Shown: piece after piece, positions 33,641 through 42,942 of the stretch
Layout: every line of letters starts with the position of its first letter
Position numbering within the stretch: position 1 is the stretch's first letter
Assembly: GCA_036512415.1 (NCBI GenBank)
Contig: DATCAV010000101.1
Span: 1 to 43,167, forward strand
Origin: Candidatus Dormiibacterota bacterium
Lineage (GTDB): Bacteria > Chloroflexota > Dormibacteria > Dormibacterales > Dormibacteraceae
Direction of reading: 5' to 3'
DNA length: 43,167 bases
Notes under the pieces: model-generated
The model's database searches: none
What the model saw: the letters and a program-made list of their open reading frames with translations, nothing else
What the model was told of the DNA's origin: nothing
Program-made: the position numbers and the translations under genes

Positions 33641-33692
33641 ACCGCAAGCGCGAACGCGCTGCGAAGCGCCCGTTGATGGCAAGGAGCGAAGC

Positions 33693-34910
33693 ATGCGAAG
33701 GGCTTTGATCGCAACTGTGGCGGGCGCCGGCCTGGCCCTCACCGCATGCGGTGCGGGAACGGCGACGGCAACCCCTACGCCAGGCGCTCCCATAACCATT
33801 GGCGTGTCCGTTTCGCTTACGGGCGACTTCTCCAGCGACGGTCCCGCTTTGGAGAAGGGATACGACCTCTGGGCTGAGGATGTCAACAAGAAAGGTGGCC
33901 TTCTGGGTCACCAGGTCACGATGAAGTACGTGGACGATACCAGCAGCACTCAGCAGGTGGTGACGAACTACCAGAACCTGATCTCGTCAGAGAAGGTCGC
34001 GCTAGTCTTCGGACCCTATTCGAGCCTGCTGACGAAACCGGCGGCCACCCTTGTCGACCGTCTCGGTTACGCGTTTCCGGAGCCGGCCGGCGGGGCGCCG
34101 TCAGTGTTCGCGCTTGGCCTGCACTCGCTCTTCTTCGTACAGCCAGCGGCGATCGAGGACAACCTGGTCAGCTACACCAACTGGGTGCTCTCGCTGCCTG
34201 CAGACCAGCGACCCAAGACCGTTGCATATGCGACCGAGGACGATCCCTTCACGCAGCCTCAGATCGACAAGGCCAAAAAGCTCCTGGAGGCGGCGGGAAT
34301 CCAGACCGTCTCTTACAAGGTGTATCCGGCCGAGACCACCGACTTCACGCCTCTCGCCCTCAAGGTGGCCAGCTCGCACGCCGACGCTGTAATCCTCGGC
34401 ACCCAGGTGCCTGACGCCATCGCCTTCGTCAAGACGTTCATCTCGCAGCACTACAACCCGAAGACGATCATCGAGACCGCCGGGCCCGACCAGGGGTCCC
34501 AATACTCCGACAAGCTCGGCGCCAACACCGAGGGAATCATGGTGCCGGCGGGTTGGACCTCCGGCTCGCAGGCGTACGGCAACCCGACTTTCGTCGCCGA
34601 GTACATAGCCAAGTACGGCGGCACGGCCGCTGACATGAGCGCGGACTCTGCCGAGGCCTATAGCGTCGGCCAGGTGGTCGAGCAGGCCGCGACGAAGGCG
34701 AACAGCATCGACAATCAGAAGCTGATCGACACCCTTCACACGGGGACCTACCAGACGGTGCAGGGCCCGATGGGTTGGGATTCGGTCGGCAAGCCCCAGG
34801 GTGGAGTTGGCGTCTTCGTCGAGCAGTGGCAGAACGGCAGCGCGGTCTTCGTCTACCCGCCGTCAGTGGCCGCGGCCCAGCCCGAATACCCGAAGCACGA
34901 CTGGCAGTAA
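33693..34910 (+). CDS. ABC transporter substrate-binding lipoprotein, LivJ/Peripla_BP_6 (branched-chain amino acid/amide-type) family
   Basis: Lipobox LALTAC-GA. ITIGVSVSLTGDFSSDGPALEKGYDLWAEDVNKKGGLLGHQV...DDTSS is the family-typical N-terminus. RBS AAGGAG. Confidence 0.9.
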   Translation: MRRALIATVAGAGLALTACGAGTATATPTPGAPITIGVSVSLTGDFSSDGPALEKGYDLWAEDVNKKGGLLGHQVTMKYVDDTSSTQQVVTNYQNLISSEKVALVFGPYSSLLTKPAATLVDRLGYAFPEPAGGAPSVFALGLHSLFFVQPAAIEDNLVSYTNWVLSLPADQRPKTVAYATEDDPFTQPQIDKAKKLLEAAGIQTVSYKVYPAETTDFTPLALKVASSHADAVILGTQVPDAIAFVKTFISQHYNPKTIIETAGPDQGSQYSDKLGANTEGIMVPAGWTSGSQAYGNPTFVAEYIAKYGGTAADMSADSAEAYSVGQVVEQAATKANSIDNQKLIDTLHTGTYQTVQGPMGWDSVGKPQGGVGVFVEQWQNGSAVFVYPPSVAAAQPEYPKHDWQ

Positions 34911-34916
34911 CTGAAC

Positions 34917-34947
34917 GAGGGACGGTGCGCCAAGGCCGCCGTCCCTC
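34917..34947 (+). promoter_or_regulatory. Intercistronic stem-loop between the SBP and permease genes
   Basis: GAGGGACGG-13 nt-CCGTCCCTC, a 9-bp perfect stem in the 58-nt gap after the SBP stop. This is the classic position for partial termination or mRNA stabilisation in ABC operons. Confidence 0.4.
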
Positions 34948-34968
34948 CATCAACCTGGGCTCCACGTC

Positions 34969-35844
34969 ATGACCCTGATCCTGGAAGCGGCGGTGCTGGG
35001 CGTCCTCACCGGGGGGGTCTACGCCCTGATGGCGTCCGGCCTGACTTTGATCTTCGGCGTCATGCGCATCATCAACGTCGGCCACGGCGCTCTCGTCATC
35101 CTCGGCGCCTATCTCAGCTTCGTCCTGTGGCGCAACATGGGCGTCGATCCCTTCGTGAGCTTGATCGTCACGATGCCCGTCATGTTCATCCTGGGCGTCA
35201 TCCTGCAGATCGTCTTCGTGCGTCCTTTGAAAACAGACCGCGAAGCCCTGTCCGTGCTGGTCACGTACGCGCTGGCGCTAGGAATCGAGGGCCTGCTCGG
35301 TTACTTCTTCACATCCAACTACGTGCAGATCACCGCGTGGTACGACACGGCGAGCTTCCCGGTCGGCGATTTTCATATCACGTACGTGTACGTCTACGGA
35401 TTTCTCCTCTGCCTGGCCATCCTGGGTGCGATATTTCTCATGCTCTATCGCACCACGTTCGGTGCCGCCATCAGGGCGACGATGCTCAACCGGACAGCCG
35501 CACAGCTCGTCGGCATCGACGTCGACCGCGTCTCGGCTGTCACCTTCGGCATCGGCATGGCGACCGCAGCCGCGGGTGGCGTGGTGTTCGGGATCACGAA
35601 CGCCTTCAACCCGGGCAGCCACTACGACCTGATCTCACGACTGCTGACGATCATCGTCCTGGGCGGTCTGGGCAGCCTTCGCGGGGCGGTGATCGCCGCC
35701 CTCGTGATGCTGGTGATCCAGGACATCACTGCGGTCGTGATCTCGCCGGTGTGGGCGGCCTTTGTCTTCTTCGTCGTCCTCGTCGCCGTGCTGCTGTTCC
35801 GACCCCAGGGCCTTTTCGGTATCACCGTGCGTGACCGCGTGTGA
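34969..35844 (+). CDS. Branched-chain amino acid-type ABC permease (LivH-like)
   Basis: GVLTGGVYALMASGLTLIFGVMRIINVGHG is the LivH-family N-terminus. TM-rich, 291 aa. Confidence 0.9.
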   Translation: MTLILEAAVLGVLTGGVYALMASGLTLIFGVMRIINVGHGALVILGAYLSFVLWRNMGVDPFVSLIVTMPVMFILGVILQIVFVRPLKTDREALSVLVTYALALGIEGLLGYFFTSNYVQITAWYDTASFPVGDFHITYVYVYGFLLCLAILGAIFLMLYRTTFGAAIRATMLNRTAAQLVGIDVDRVSAVTFGIGMATAAAGGVVFGITNAFNPGSHYDLISRLLTIIVLGGLGSLRGAVIAALVMLVIQDITAVVISPVWAAFVFFVVLVAVLLFRPQGLFGITVRDRV

Positions 35845-36842
35845 AGCGCGCCACCAACACTCGCGTCCTGACTGCGGGCGGCCTGGTCCTGCTGGTAGGG
35901 CTGGCATTGGCGCTGCCGGCGATCGCGCCTGATTCGGCGACCACGAACATCGCCGTCTTCACGATGATGTATGTGGGGCTGGCGACCGCCTGGAACATCA
36001 TGGGCGGCTACACCGGCTACATCTCACTCGGCCATGCGGGCTTCTTCGGCTTCGGGTCTTACGCGCTGGGCCTCTTGCTGGCCAGGCTGGCGATCGCCGG
36101 CGGCTACACGGTGTTCCTCTTCGTTCCCGTCGCCGGCCTGCTCACCGCGCTCCTGGCCGCCGCGGTCGGCTGGTTTGCGTTGCGCACTCGCGCGGCGACC
36201 TTTGTGATCGTCACCATCGCGTTCATGTTCATGCTGCAGCTGCTGGCCGAGAACCTGACCAGCCTGACCGGCGGCGGGGCAGGTCTCGGCTTTCCGAACC
36301 CGCGGTGGCGCGGCGACTTCTACAACATCCCGTTCTACTACGCGATGCTGGCGCTGGCGCTGCTCGCCCTCGTCGTCTCATGGTCGATCCGCCGCTCGAA
36401 GTTCGGCCTTGGGCTGCTGGCAATACGCGACGACGAGGACAAGGCGCTGGCGGTCGGCGTCCCCGCCGGCGCGTTCAAGCTCACCGCCTTCATTGTCAGC
36501 GCTGCCCTCGTTGGGATGATCGGCGGCGTCTACGGCTACTACGTGACCTACATCTATCCGCAGTTCGTGGTCGATCCGCTGATCGGCATTTCGATGGTGT
36601 TGATGGTGTTCCTCGGTGGGCTCGGTACTGTGTGGGGACCGGTCCTTGGTGCGCTTATCCTCGAACCTGCACAACTCTGGCTGGCATACAACTACGGCGC
36701 CAGCCGGCTCTACCTCGTCCTGTACTCGGCCGTCTTCCTGCTCGTCATCCTGCTGATGCCGCAAGGCATCCTCCCCTCTCTTGGAGAATTGATCGCGAGG
36801 CGTCGGGCGAGACTCGCGGGCACGGTGGGGGCGGCGCCGTGA
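35841..36842 (+). CDS. Branched-chain amino acid-type ABC permease (LivM-like)
   Basis: GYTGYISLGHAGFFGFGSY and LAIRDDEDKALAVGV motifs. GTGA overlap with the upstream gene. Confidence 0.9.
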   Translation: MKRATNTRVLTAGGLVLLVGLALALPAIAPDSATTNIAVFTMMYVGLATAWNIMGGYTGYISLGHAGFFGFGSYALGLLLARLAIAGGYTVFLFVPVAGLLTALLAAAVGWFALRTRAATFVIVTIAFMFMLQLLAENLTSLTGGGAGLGFPNPRWRGDFYNIPFYYAMLALALLALVVSWSIRRSKFGLGLLAIRDDEDKALAVGVPAGAFKLTAFIVSAALVGMIGGVYGYYVTYIYPQFVVDPLIGISMVLMVFLGGLGTVWGPVLGALILEPAQLWLAYNYGASRLYLVLYSAVFLLVILLMPQGILPSLGELIARRRARLAGTVGAAP

Positions 36843-37570
36843 GCCTGCTCCAGGTCGATCACCTGAGCAAGCGTTTCGGCGGCGTCGTCGCCGTTGACGA
36901 CTGCTCGCTTTCGATACCAGCTGGCGGCATCACCGGCCTTATCGGCCCCAATGGTTCGGGCAAGACCACCATCTTCAACTTGATCACTGGCTTCATCGCC
37001 AAGGACGAGGGCCGGATCACCTTCAAATCCCATACGATCGACGGCCTCGGACCCGATCGCGTCTATGAACGCGGCATCGGCCGCACCTTTCAGCTCGCCC
37101 GCATCTTCCCTCGCCTCACGGCTCTTGAGAACCTACTGGTGCCGATTCGACGCAGGGGCTTGCGCGCGCTTTTCGCCCGCGCCGGCTGGAGCGATGAAAG
37201 GACCAAAGCGATGGAGATGCTGGAGTTTCTCGAGATCGGGCACGTCGCAGGTGTGCTCGGTGGATCGCTTTCGTATGGGCAGCGCAAGCTCCTGGAGCTG
37301 GGCGCGGTGATGATGGCCGAGCCCGAGCTGGTGCTGCTGGACGAGCCGGCCGGCGGCGTCAACCCGGCGCTGCTCGAACGCATCGCCGACCGCCTCCGCA
37401 CCCTGAACTCGCGCGGAACCACCTTCCTCATCGTCGAGCACAACATGAGCTTTGTCATGAACCTGTGCTCCGAGGTCATCGTCGTGCAGCGAGGACGCCA
37501 GATCGCAAGCGGCAAGCCCGAGGTCGTCCGGAGCGATCCCGCAGTCCTCGACGCGTACCTGGGCGCCTGA
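36839..37570 (+). CDS. ABC transporter ATP-binding protein (LivG-like)
   Basis: LLQVDHLSKRFGGVVAVDD, Walker A GPNGSGKTT, signature LSYGQRKLLE, Walker B LLDEPAGGVNP. GTG 36839 overlaps the upstream stop. The ORF-track start 36305 is rejected. Confidence 0.9.
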   Translation: MSLLQVDHLSKRFGGVVAVDDCSLSIPAGGITGLIGPNGSGKTTIFNLITGFIAKDEGRITFKSHTIDGLGPDRVYERGIGRTFQLARIFPRLTALENLLVPIRRRGLRALFARAGWSDERTKAMEMLEFLEIGHVAGVLGGSLSYGQRKLLELGAVMMAEPELVLLDEPAGGVNPALLERIADRLRTLNSRGTTFLIVEHNMSFVMNLCSEVIVVQRGRQIASGKPEVVRSDPAVLDAYLGA

Positions 37571-37571
37571 C

Positions 37572-38288
37572 ATGGCCGCATTGCTCGAGCTGCAAGGCCT
37601 GGTTGCCGGCTATGGGGGCGGCGACATCCTGCAAGGGGTCGATCTGATCGTGGACGAGGGAAGCCTGACGTGCATCGTCGGGCCCAACGGCGCAGGGAAG
37701 TCGACATTGTTGCGGGTGATCAGCGGCCTGCTGCGCCCGACTCGCGGTTCGGTGAAGTTTCGTCGCGAGTCGATTGCTGCGCTCAGCCCACGTGCAATTC
37801 TCAGTCGAGGCATCGTCCAGGTCCCGCAGGAGCGCAGCCTCTTCCCGACGATGACGGTCTGGGAAAACGTGCGCCTGGGGGCTTACACCGTGCGTGACCG
37901 GGGCCTGGTCGAGCGGCGCCTGGCGGCGGTGGGGGAGACGTTCCCGATCGTGAAGGAGCGCCGACACGAGCTCGCAGCTTCATTGTCCGGTGGCCAGCAG
38001 AAGATCGTGGAGTTCGCGCGCGCGATGATGCTCGACCCATCGCTTCTCATCCTCGACGAGCCATCGATGGGTCTCGACCCGAAGACTCGCACGACCGTCT
38101 TCAACACGATTCGAACGATGAACGACGCAGGTCACACGCTTCTCCTCGTCGAGCAGAACGCGCGGTCCGGGCTGGGCATCGCCACGCACGGCGTGGTGAT
38201 GGAGAGCGGCCGGATCCGGCTGGAGGGGCCTGGGCCGGAGGTGCTGAGCAACCCGGAGATAGGCCGCCTATATCTAGGGGCCGCGTGA
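37572..38288 (+). CDS. ABC transporter ATP-binding protein (LivF-like)
   Basis: Walker A GPNGAGKST, signature LSGGQQKIVE, Walker B LILDEPSMGLDP. Confidence 0.9.
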   Translation: MAALLELQGLVAGYGGGDILQGVDLIVDEGSLTCIVGPNGAGKSTLLRVISGLLRPTRGSVKFRRESIAALSPRAILSRGIVQVPQERSLFPTMTVWENVRLGAYTVRDRGLVERRLAAVGETFPIVKERRHELAASLSGGQQKIVEFARAMMLDPSLLILDEPSMGLDPKTRTTVFNTIRTMNDAGHTLLLVEQNARSGLGIATHGVVMESGRIRLEGPGPEVLSNPEIGRLYLGAA

Positions 38289-39877
38289 GCCGGCACGACA
38301 TCGTCTTCGCCGGCGCCGGTCACAACAACCTGGTCGCGGCCGCCTACGCGGCGCGCGCGGGTTTTCGGGTGCTGGTCCTGGAGGGCGCGCCGCAGATCGG
38401 CGGCGACACCACCACCCAGGAGCTGACGCTACCGGGCTTTCTACACGACCCGTGCGCCACCGCGCACAACGTGATCCAGAGCAATCCTTTGATGCGAAAC
38501 AACGAGCTCGAGCTCGGCCGGCACGGGCTGAAGTACCTCTATCCAGACCCTGTCTTCACCATGCCGTTCCTCGACGGCAGCTCGATCACGATGTGGCGCG
38601 ATGTCGAACGGACCTGCGCCGAGCTGGCGCGGTTCTCCGCGGCAGACGCCCTCGCTTACAGGCAGCTGCTCGCCGATTGGGACCTGATGGCAAAGGTGAT
38701 CAACGATGAGAGAGCGAGCGCGCCGGCGCCGCCTGACGAGGTCGTCGCACGCACCCTGGCCAGCCCCCTTGGCGAGAAGATGAAAGCGATCCGCGACGCC
38801 AGTGCGATCGACATCGTCAAAGAGCGATTCCGCGACGATCACGTTCGCGCCTTCTTTGCGTGGATCGCCTTCATGACTCTGCATCCGCTCGACGAGCCGG
38901 AGTCGGGGATCATGGCCTTCTCGCTGGCGGCGGGCCGGCAGCGCTTCAGCTGGATCCTGCCCGAGGGTGGGTCCATCCGGCTGCCGCTCGCTCTCGCGCG
39001 CGACATCGAGGAGCATGGCGGCACCGTCCTCACGTCAAAGCGCATCACGCGCATTGCAGTCGAAGGTGGCAGGGCGACCGCGGTCGAGACCGAAGACGGG
39101 TCGACCTACGAAGCGGCCCGGGCGATCGTCTCGACGATCCACGTGAAGCACCTGGCCGGAATCGTTGGCGAGCAGAATCTGCCGAGCGACTACCTGGCGG
39201 GAGTCGCGAGGTGGCAGCCGAATCTCACGATGTTCGTCACCCACTACGCCATGTCCGAGGCGCCGCGCTTTCGGATGGCCGATGGCCTCGGCGCCAGCGT
39301 GACGATGGGCGCGCTCGAATCCCTCGACGCTTACGCCGCCATGCTCTCCGCCTTCCGAGCTGGGCGCATCGACCTCGACGAGCCGGTATTTCTCGCCCTC
39401 ACGCCTTCAGTCATCGATGCCACGCGGGCGCCGGCTGGCAAGCACACGTTCAAGGTGATCAGCTTCCTGCCTTACGAGCTGGCGCAAGGTCCGCAGCACT
39501 GGGACACGATCAAGCAGGACGTCTCAAACGAGCTCTTCGAGCGGCTGTCCCTTCTGTCACCGAACCTTTCACGGCGGATAGTTATGGCCGAGCACGTCGA
39601 GTCGCCACTGGACCTCGAACGCAGAAATCCAGCGAACTGGCGCGGCTCGTGCCATGGCGGCGCCAACACGCCGGAGCAGAGCGGCTACTTCAGGCCGGTG
39701 GAAGGCTGGTCTTCGTACCGAACGCCCATCGAGGGCCTGTACCAGACGGGGGCTTGTACCCATCCGGGCGGTTCTGTCTCGGGCCTGCCTGGACGCAACT
39801 GCGCCGAGGTCCTTTTGCGCGACCTCGGATCGAGCCTCGAAGAGGCGGTCGCCGGCACGGGGATCGCCGCCTCGTGA
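38285..39877 (+). CDS. FAD/NAD(P)-dependent oxidoreductase of the phytoene-desaturase (CrtI)/amine-oxidase family
   Basis: Dinucleotide-binding N-terminus DIVFAGAGHNNLVAAAYAARAGFRVLVLE...IGG and the C-terminal motif GLYQTGACTHPGGSVSG. GTGA overlap with the upstream gene. Confidence 0.85.
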   Translation: MSRHDIVFAGAGHNNLVAAAYAARAGFRVLVLEGAPQIGGDTTTQELTLPGFLHDPCATAHNVIQSNPLMRNNELELGRHGLKYLYPDPVFTMPFLDGSSITMWRDVERTCAELARFSAADALAYRQLLADWDLMAKVINDERASAPAPPDEVVARTLASPLGEKMKAIRDASAIDIVKERFRDDHVRAFFAWIAFMTLHPLDEPESGIMAFSLAAGRQRFSWILPEGGSIRLPLALARDIEEHGGTVLTSKRITRIAVEGGRATAVETEDGSTYEAARAIVSTIHVKHLAGIVGEQNLPSDYLAGVARWQPNLTMFVTHYAMSEAPRFRMADGLGASVTMGALESLDAYAAMLSAFRAGRIDLDEPVFLALTPSVIDATRAPAGKHTFKVISFLPYELAQGPQHWDTIKQDVSNELFERLSLLSPNLSRRIVMAEHVESPLDLERRNPANWRGSCHGGANTPEQSGYFRPVEGWSSYRTPIEGLYQTGACTHPGGSVSGLPGRNCAEVLLRDLGSSLEEAVAGTGIAAS

Positions 39878-40953
39878 CGGCGCATGACACCACCAACCGC
39901 GTACAGGTGGCGGCCCACCACTGGCGGCCGCGATTCGTCGCCAACGGAATCGATGTCAACGACTTCGACGACACGGTGGCAAAAACCACGGAATGGAAGG
40001 ATTGGGCGCCCAACTGGAAGGCGGTGGGTGAGATGCACGCGGCCCTGGGCCGGGAGGCCGAGGAGCGCGGGCGGTGGGAGTCTGCGGCGCAGGCTTATCA
40101 GCGAGCCGCCTGGTGCTGGCACCTGGGCAAGTTCCTGTGGTTCGAAGACGCGGCGCTGCATGGCGAGCTGCGCGACCGGTCGGTCGCCGTCTATCGCAAG
40201 GCGCTGCCGCAACTCGACCCTCCCGCGGAGCGCCTGGAGATCCCGTTTGAAGGCGGCATCATCCCGGGCAACCTGAGGCGGCCGGCACATTCTCCCCACC
40301 CACCATTGGTGCTGCTCGTGCCGGGCCTCGACTCCTCCAAGGAAGAGCTCTTCGCTATCGAAGAAGATTTCCTTCGTCGCGGCCTGGCGACGCTGACGAT
40401 CGACGGTCCCGGCCAGTCCGAGAACTCTGTTCGTTTCGCGATACGGCCCAACTGGGAGACGGTGATCACGCCGCTGCTCGACCACCTTGCCGGCCTCGAC
40501 CTGGGCGTCGACCAGGAGCGTGTCGGTCTGATGGGGATCAGCATGGGCGCGATCTACGGGCCGCGCGCGGCGGCATACGAGAAGCGCATCAAGGCGCTGG
40601 TCGGCCTGGCCGGCCCGTACAACCTTGGCGAGTGCTGGGATGCGCTCAACTCGCTCACGAGAGGCGGGTACGTCTTCTACACGAAGTCAGCGGACGACGC
40701 GGAGGCGAAACGCAAGGCTTACACCCTCAACCTCGAAGGCATCCTCGACAAGGTCAAGCAACCGCTCCTCGTCATCCACGGCGCCAAGGACCGCCTCTTC
40801 CCGCCGTCGCACGCAGAACGGATCGCGCGCGAGGCGGGCAACGCGACGCTGGTGATCTACCCGGACGGCAACCATGTCTGTAATAACATCGCCTACAAGT
40901 ACCGCCCGCTGATGGCGGACTGGTTACACGAGCAGCTGACTACCGGGGGCTAG
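39874..40953 (+). CDS. Alpha/beta hydrolase with a helical N-domain (FrsA/YcjY / 2,6-dihydroxypseudooxynicotine-hydrolase-like)
   Basis: N-terminus HHWRPRFVANGIDVNDF...WKDWAPNW, nucleophile elbow GISMGA, acid LVIHGAKDRLFP, His PDGNHVCNN. GTG 39874 overlaps the upstream stop. The ORF-track start 38860 is rejected. Confidence 0.8.
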   Translation: MTAHDTTNRVQVAAHHWRPRFVANGIDVNDFDDTVAKTTEWKDWAPNWKAVGEMHAALGREAEERGRWESAAQAYQRAAWCWHLGKFLWFEDAALHGELRDRSVAVYRKALPQLDPPAERLEIPFEGGIIPGNLRRPAHSPHPPLVLLVPGLDSSKEELFAIEEDFLRRGLATLTIDGPGQSENSVRFAIRPNWETVITPLLDHLAGLDLGVDQERVGLMGISMGAIYGPRAAAYEKRIKALVGLAGPYNLGECWDALNSLTRGGYVFYTKSADDAEAKRKAYTLNLEGILDKVKQPLLVIHGAKDRLFPPSHAERIAREAGNATLVIYPDGNHVCNNIAYKYRPLMADWLHEQLTTGG

Positions 40954-41714
40954 CCACCGGCTGGGGCGCCGCCGCCGCCGCCCGGCCGGTTGCCGCCACC
41001 AAATCCGCCGCGGCCACCGCCCCCGCTCGTGCAAGTGCCAGAGGGCCCCGCGGGCGTGATCGTGACCGACGTCGCCTGCACGTTGCCGGCCGCGTCTTTC
41101 GTGCCGTTGGCCCGAAGGCACTGGCCGTTCTGCAGCGCGGCTGCAGTCACGTCAGCGGTGTCGGTGATCGTCGCGGCGGACGCCACTGTGAAGGTTTGGC
41201 TGCTGCCCGCTGCGGCCTTCACGGTGACCAAGGGCCCGCTCACCGCAGTGACCTCACCAGTTACGAACGCCAGGTTCGCCTGGCCGCTCGGGGTGGGACG
41301 CGGTGTCGTGTTGGCCGGTGGGGTCGCACCCGGGTTCGTTCCTGGCCCGAAACCTGGAGCTGCGCAACCGGCTGCCGCCTTGGGCGAGATCCGCACGTTG
41401 GTCGCGGTGACCGCTCCCGACGTCGGGTCCTTCTGCCCGTTGGCCACGATGCAGGTTCCATTGATGATGTCGGCCAGCGTGGCGATCGAAGTCTTCGTGT
41501 ATGTGGTGGTCGCGCTGACGGTGACAGTGGTGTCGCCGTTCGGTCCGGTCAGGATGAGGGTCTGTCCGTTGACCTGGACCAGCTGGCCGGACGCGCCGTT
41601 GCGGAGTGCGTTTGCGCCCGACGGGCTGGGCGAGGTCTTAGCCGCCGATGCTGGGCTGCCACAAGCGGCAAGCACGAACGCAGCCACGGCGATAAGCGGG
41701 AGGAAGCGGTTCAT
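40950..41714 (-). CDS. Secreted lipoprotein with two DUF5666-like repeats and a Gly-rich C-terminal tail
   Basis: Lipobox VLAAC-GS. Two internal repeats: ...TVTVSATTTYTKT...NGTCIVANGQKDPTSGAVTATNVRISP and ...TFTVASAATITDT...NGQCLRANGTKDAAGNVQATSVTITP. Tail GGGGRGGFGGGNRPGGGGGAPAGG. Confidence 0.75.
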   Translation of the reverse strand: MNRFLPLIAVAAFVLAACGSPASAAKTSPSPSGANALRNGASGQLVQVNGQTLILTGPNGDTTVTVSATTTYTKTSIATLADIINGTCIVANGQKDPTSGAVTATNVRISPKAAAGCAAPGFGPGTNPGATPPANTTPRPTPSGQANLAFVTGEVTAVSGPLVTVKAAAGSSQTFTVASAATITDTADVTAAALQNGQCLRANGTKDAAGNVQATSVTITPAGPSGTCTSGGGGRGGFGGGNRPGGGGGAPAGG

Positions 41715-41727
41715 GAACGTGTCTCCT

Positions 41728-42942
41728 TCATTGCGCGCGAAGCGCCTCGATTGGCGCGAGCCTCGCGGCCCTGAGCGCCGGATAAACCCCGAAGACGAGT
41801 CCGACGGCGACGGCGACCGCCACCGCGATCACCACTGGAAGCGGAGTGATGGTCACTGCGATGTTGGCGGCGCGAGGGACGATGTAGCCGGCCGCCAGTC
41901 CCGTGGCGACCCCGAGCAGGCCTCCTACCGCGGTGAGCACTCCGGCCTCGATCACGAACTGCCTGAATAGGTCGCCTGGTGTCGCGCCGAGCGCTTTGCG
42001 CAAACCGATCTCACCTGTCCGCTCGGTGACCGACACCAGCATGATGTTCATCACGCCGATTCCACCGACCAGCAGCGAGATGGCAGCTACGCTGGCCAAC
42101 AGGATCGTCAGCGTTTGGGTCACGGCCTGGGCTGTGCTGAGCACCTGCGTCGACGAAGTGATCGAGTAGTCGGCCTGCGTCGCGTCGGTGATGTGATGCG
42201 TCTGAAGGAGCACCTGGTTCGCCTCGATGTACGCCGACCCAAGCGTGGCCTGGCTCGTCGAGCTGAGCAGGATCCGCTGCACCGAGCCGACGCCACCGAA
42301 CAGCTCGCCCTGGGCCGTCGTGATGGGTACCACCGCGAGGTCGTCCTGGTTGCCAAATCCCTGGCTGCCCGCGCTGGCCAGGATTCCGATCACCTGGTAC
42401 GGGATCTGTTTCACCGTGATGAGATCGCCTACGGAGGCGCCTAGGTTGGAAGCGGTGGTCGCCCCGAGCACGATCACGTGCGTCTGCGAGCTCACGTCGG
42501 ATGCGGTGATGAACGAGCCGGCGGCGATATTGCGCGAATTTGCGACTAGCCAGTCGACGGTGCTGCCGGAGACCGTGGTGCTCCAGTTGCTGGACGTGCT
42601 AACCAGCGATTCGCGACCCTGGCTAACCGGCGCGACGGCCTCCACGTCCGGCGCGTTCTGGTGATCGAGCAGGCCCGCGACATCGGACATCGTCAACGTG
42701 TTGGCGCTGCCGCCACCTCCGAAGACGCCACCCGAGACTGTGCTGCCCGGCGTGATGGTGAGCAGGTTGGTACCGAGTGAGGAGATTCGCGCCGTGACAC
42801 TGTCGGACGACGCCTGGCCGATGCCGACTGTAGAGATCACTGCGGCTACGCCGAAGAGAATCCCCAACGTCGTCAGCACCGATCGCAGTCGATGGCCGAG
42901 CAGGCTCCGCAACCCGGTTTCGATCGTGTGGAGCAGGCTCAC
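41728..42942 (-). CDS. MacB-type ABC transporter permease (MacB_PCD + FtsX domains)
   Basis: N-terminus [25 protein letters not shown], a large extracytoplasmic domain, and C-terminal [27 protein letters not shown]. The GTG start overlaps the upstream stop (GTGA). Confidence 0.9.
   Translation of the reverse strand: MSLLHTIETGLRSLLGHRLRSVLTTLGILFGVAAVISTVGIGQASSDSVTARISSLGTNLLTITPGSTVSGGVFGGGGSANTLTMSDVAGLLDHQNAPDVEAVAPVSQGRESLVSTSSNWSTTVSGSTVDWLVANSRNIAAGSFITASDVSSQTHVIVLGATTASNLGASVGDLITVKQIPYQVIGILASAGSQGFGNQDDLAVVPITTAQGELFGGVGSVQRILLSSTSQATLGSAYIEANQVLLQTHHITDATQADYSITSSTQVLSTAQAVTQTLTILLASVAAISLLVGGIGVMNIMLVSVTERTGEIGLRKALGATPGDLFRQFVIEAGVLTAVGGLLGVATGLAAGYIVPRAANIAVTITPLPVVIAVAVAVAVGLVFGVYPALRAARLAPIEALRAQ

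Noticed and set aside
33647-33660. Near-palindrome AGCGCGAACGCGCT upstream of the SBP gene as the LacI operator
   Set aside because: It is a GC-only palindrome with no second copy near the other operon. The GCAAWCGTTTGT boxes are a better candidate because they occur twice in equivalent promoter-proximal positions and fit the LacI-family core.
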